A stretch of DNA of 64,000 bases. It comes from Antedon mediterranea. Lineage: Eukaryota > Animalia > Echinodermata. Below are positions 63,173-64,000 of this stretch, in pieces. A program made the position numbers and the translations under genes. The stretch covers positions 35,036,437 to 35,100,436 of the forward strand of contig NC_092672.1 of NCBI RefSeq assembly GCF_964355755.1, written 5' to 3'. The notes under the pieces are model-generated. The model saw only the letters and a list, made by a program, of their open reading frames with translations. It made no database searches and was not told the origin of the DNA. Position 1 is the first letter of the stretch. The number at the start of each line of letters is the position of its first letter.

Positions 63173-64000
63173 CTATAATAAAACAACTTAAGGAAGTACA
63201 TTTACACTCTCCCAATACCAGACACCCATTGGTCTGGCCCAATGTCTGCTTTCCTGAAATTCTAAATGTGTTTTTAATAGTAAAATAGAGACCTTTTGGA
63301 CATCAAGAAAAGTCTTGTTTTGGGGGTCGAGTTTCTGGTTTTCAGAAAGTCCAGTATTGAAGTCTTACGTATTTCAATTACAGCACCCTGGAGATTGCCA
63401 TTGCTAAGCACTATCGAATTGGCTCTCCATACTGCACAATCAAACATATAAAAGTAAATAAAACAGAAATAACAAAATTGAAAAATTGCGTAGTATCAAA
63501 ATAATCATTAAAATACTTCGGACCCAAACAATCGTGGCCATAAATAACAAAAACAAAACTTTAACAACTAAATAATCAATCTCCTAAATAATAAGTAAAT
63601 AAACTGAACCGAATCTCTTCCAATCAGCAAAATTATCTGTAAATGATCTAGAATCAAAGAAGAATATGTTCTGGTCAAAAGGGGCACAGAAGCATTAAAT
63701 GCTTTAAGTCTCAAGATCCAGGTAGATTTAAAAACTGGTCCTGATCCGCTTGGGCCTGATCGCCTGTGGTACAGATCAACAAATCAACAGTAATGATAAT
63801 GGTGATTATATGGAGTAGGCAAAACGTGGGAATGGCAATGTAGAGGAGAATGATCATAATCATAAACGTAGAGGAAAATGGAGATAATGATGTGAAGGAA
63901 AAAAAACATCATTGATGATATTGTTGATGCGTCATCGATGATATTAATGATGCATCATTATCATCTGCAATCCGTCTGTTTAGATGATGATGTTTTAACG

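Noticed and set aside
63369-63431. Possible 63-nt upstream exon of the SKA2-like gene
   Set aside because: Splice signals look good, but the required frame reads YGEPIR then stop; not included without transcript evidence.

Overview
AT-rich, intron-rich animal genomic DNA (invertebrate; Deu/Nin-type SINEs are compatible with a deuterostome such as an echinoderm, which is inference only). I reconstructed seven spliced protein-coding genes by hand from GT-AG boundaries and reading-frame continuity: the 3' end of RNFT1/2 (+), a complete Mondo/MLXIP gene (-, 16 coding exons, one U12-type intron), MED19 (+), PGAM5 (-), HGH1 (+), an inebriated-type SLC6 transporter (-, 13 exons) and the 3' part of a SKA2-like gene (-). 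Introns and intergenic DNA are crowded with MITEs (about 35 copies of one Harbinger-like family, plus Kolobok-like and Tc1/mariner-like elements), tRNA-derived SINEs, LINE 3' fragments and minisatellites. The most notable signal is a non-coding mobile element family present five times. It consists of a minimal type I hammerhead ribozyme motif, a short linker, an expandable 48-bp minisatellite (up to about 28 units) and a fixed 3' end. Three copies have 13-16 bp target-site duplications at TA-rich sites, and one copy starts exactly at the predicted self-cleavage site, which points to a Penelope-dependent or retrozyme-like RNA element that disperses a satellite. Most ORFs in the supplied track are spurious or are repeat artefacts.
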